DNA of 63,746 bases, the filler included, from Catajapyx aquilonaris (taxonomy: Eukaryota), in the NCBI GenBank assembly GCA_000934665.2. It is 4 parts of 4 records of this genome, joined end to end, with 100 filler letters (N's around TTAATTAATTAA, not from the genome) between each part and the next. Parts side by side here need not be neighbours in the genome. Positions count along the whole stretch, not along the records: positions 47,875 to 63,746 come from JYFJ02007386.1; 3 more parts are not named here. One strand, given 5' to 3'. Each line of letters starts with the position of its first letter. The stretch's first letter is position 1. This document shows positions 63,389 through 63,746 of this stretch, piece by piece. The notes beneath the pieces were generated by a model, which was not told the origin of the DNA, did not search any database, and saw only the letters and a list, made by a program, of their open reading frames with translations. The translations under genes and the position numbers were made by a program.

Positions 63389-63746
63389 TAGTAATAAGAA
63401 TAATAATAATGATCCGGGCACTGCTTAGACTCCTCTTGGGGTATTGCACGGACCATTATTATTAACTTGATGTACTTGAGTATCGGAATTGTTTTGTAAC
63501 TGGGCTTAATTGACGAGAGATAGCATCATTTCATGTAGTAAATTTTTGCCCTCCCTCACGACCCCAAATGGGGTTGCAACCCACAGTTTGGGAAGCACTG
63601 ATTAACATGCATATACGGTTGCTGGTATTATTTAATTCAGATATTGTTCCCCCCCAAGAGAACACTGCTCTATATCACGGGGTAAACAAAATAAACAAAA
63701 TTAAATATATAAATTCGGACATTGACAAGTAGCAGCAAATAGGGCT

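Overview
Repeat-rich eukaryotic genomic DNA, probably from an arthropod (inferred from gene and SINE types), in a draft scaffold with three N-gaps carrying a TTAATTAATTAA linker. Main contents: (1) a four-coding-exon gene for a secreted 196-aa lipocalin-like protein (1346-2543, +), absent from the ORF track; (2) a Helentron/HLE2-type rolling-circle transposon whose Rep-PIF1 ORF ends in a ubiquitin-specific protease (USP/peptidase C19)-like domain with intact catalytic residues. It is split inside the helicase Walker B motif by a 775-bp solo LTR, and a deleted, frameshifted second copy lies at about 54.4-56.2 kb; (3) a nest of elements at 23.3-31.0 kb (non-autonomous tRNA-Leu-primed LTR element, Harbinger-type MITE, SINEs, decayed Tc1/mariner DD..D transposase); (4) three tandem minus-strand genes (32.1-46.8 kb) built from seven repeated [Sushi/CCP + serine protease] modules, mostly catalytically dead and sharing a GC-AG intron; (5) an RTE LINE fragment, a degenerate C2H2 zinc-finger gene, Tigger/pogo remnants, many MITEs, foldback elements and tRNA-derived SINEs. 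All calls come from reading the sequence; no database searches were run.
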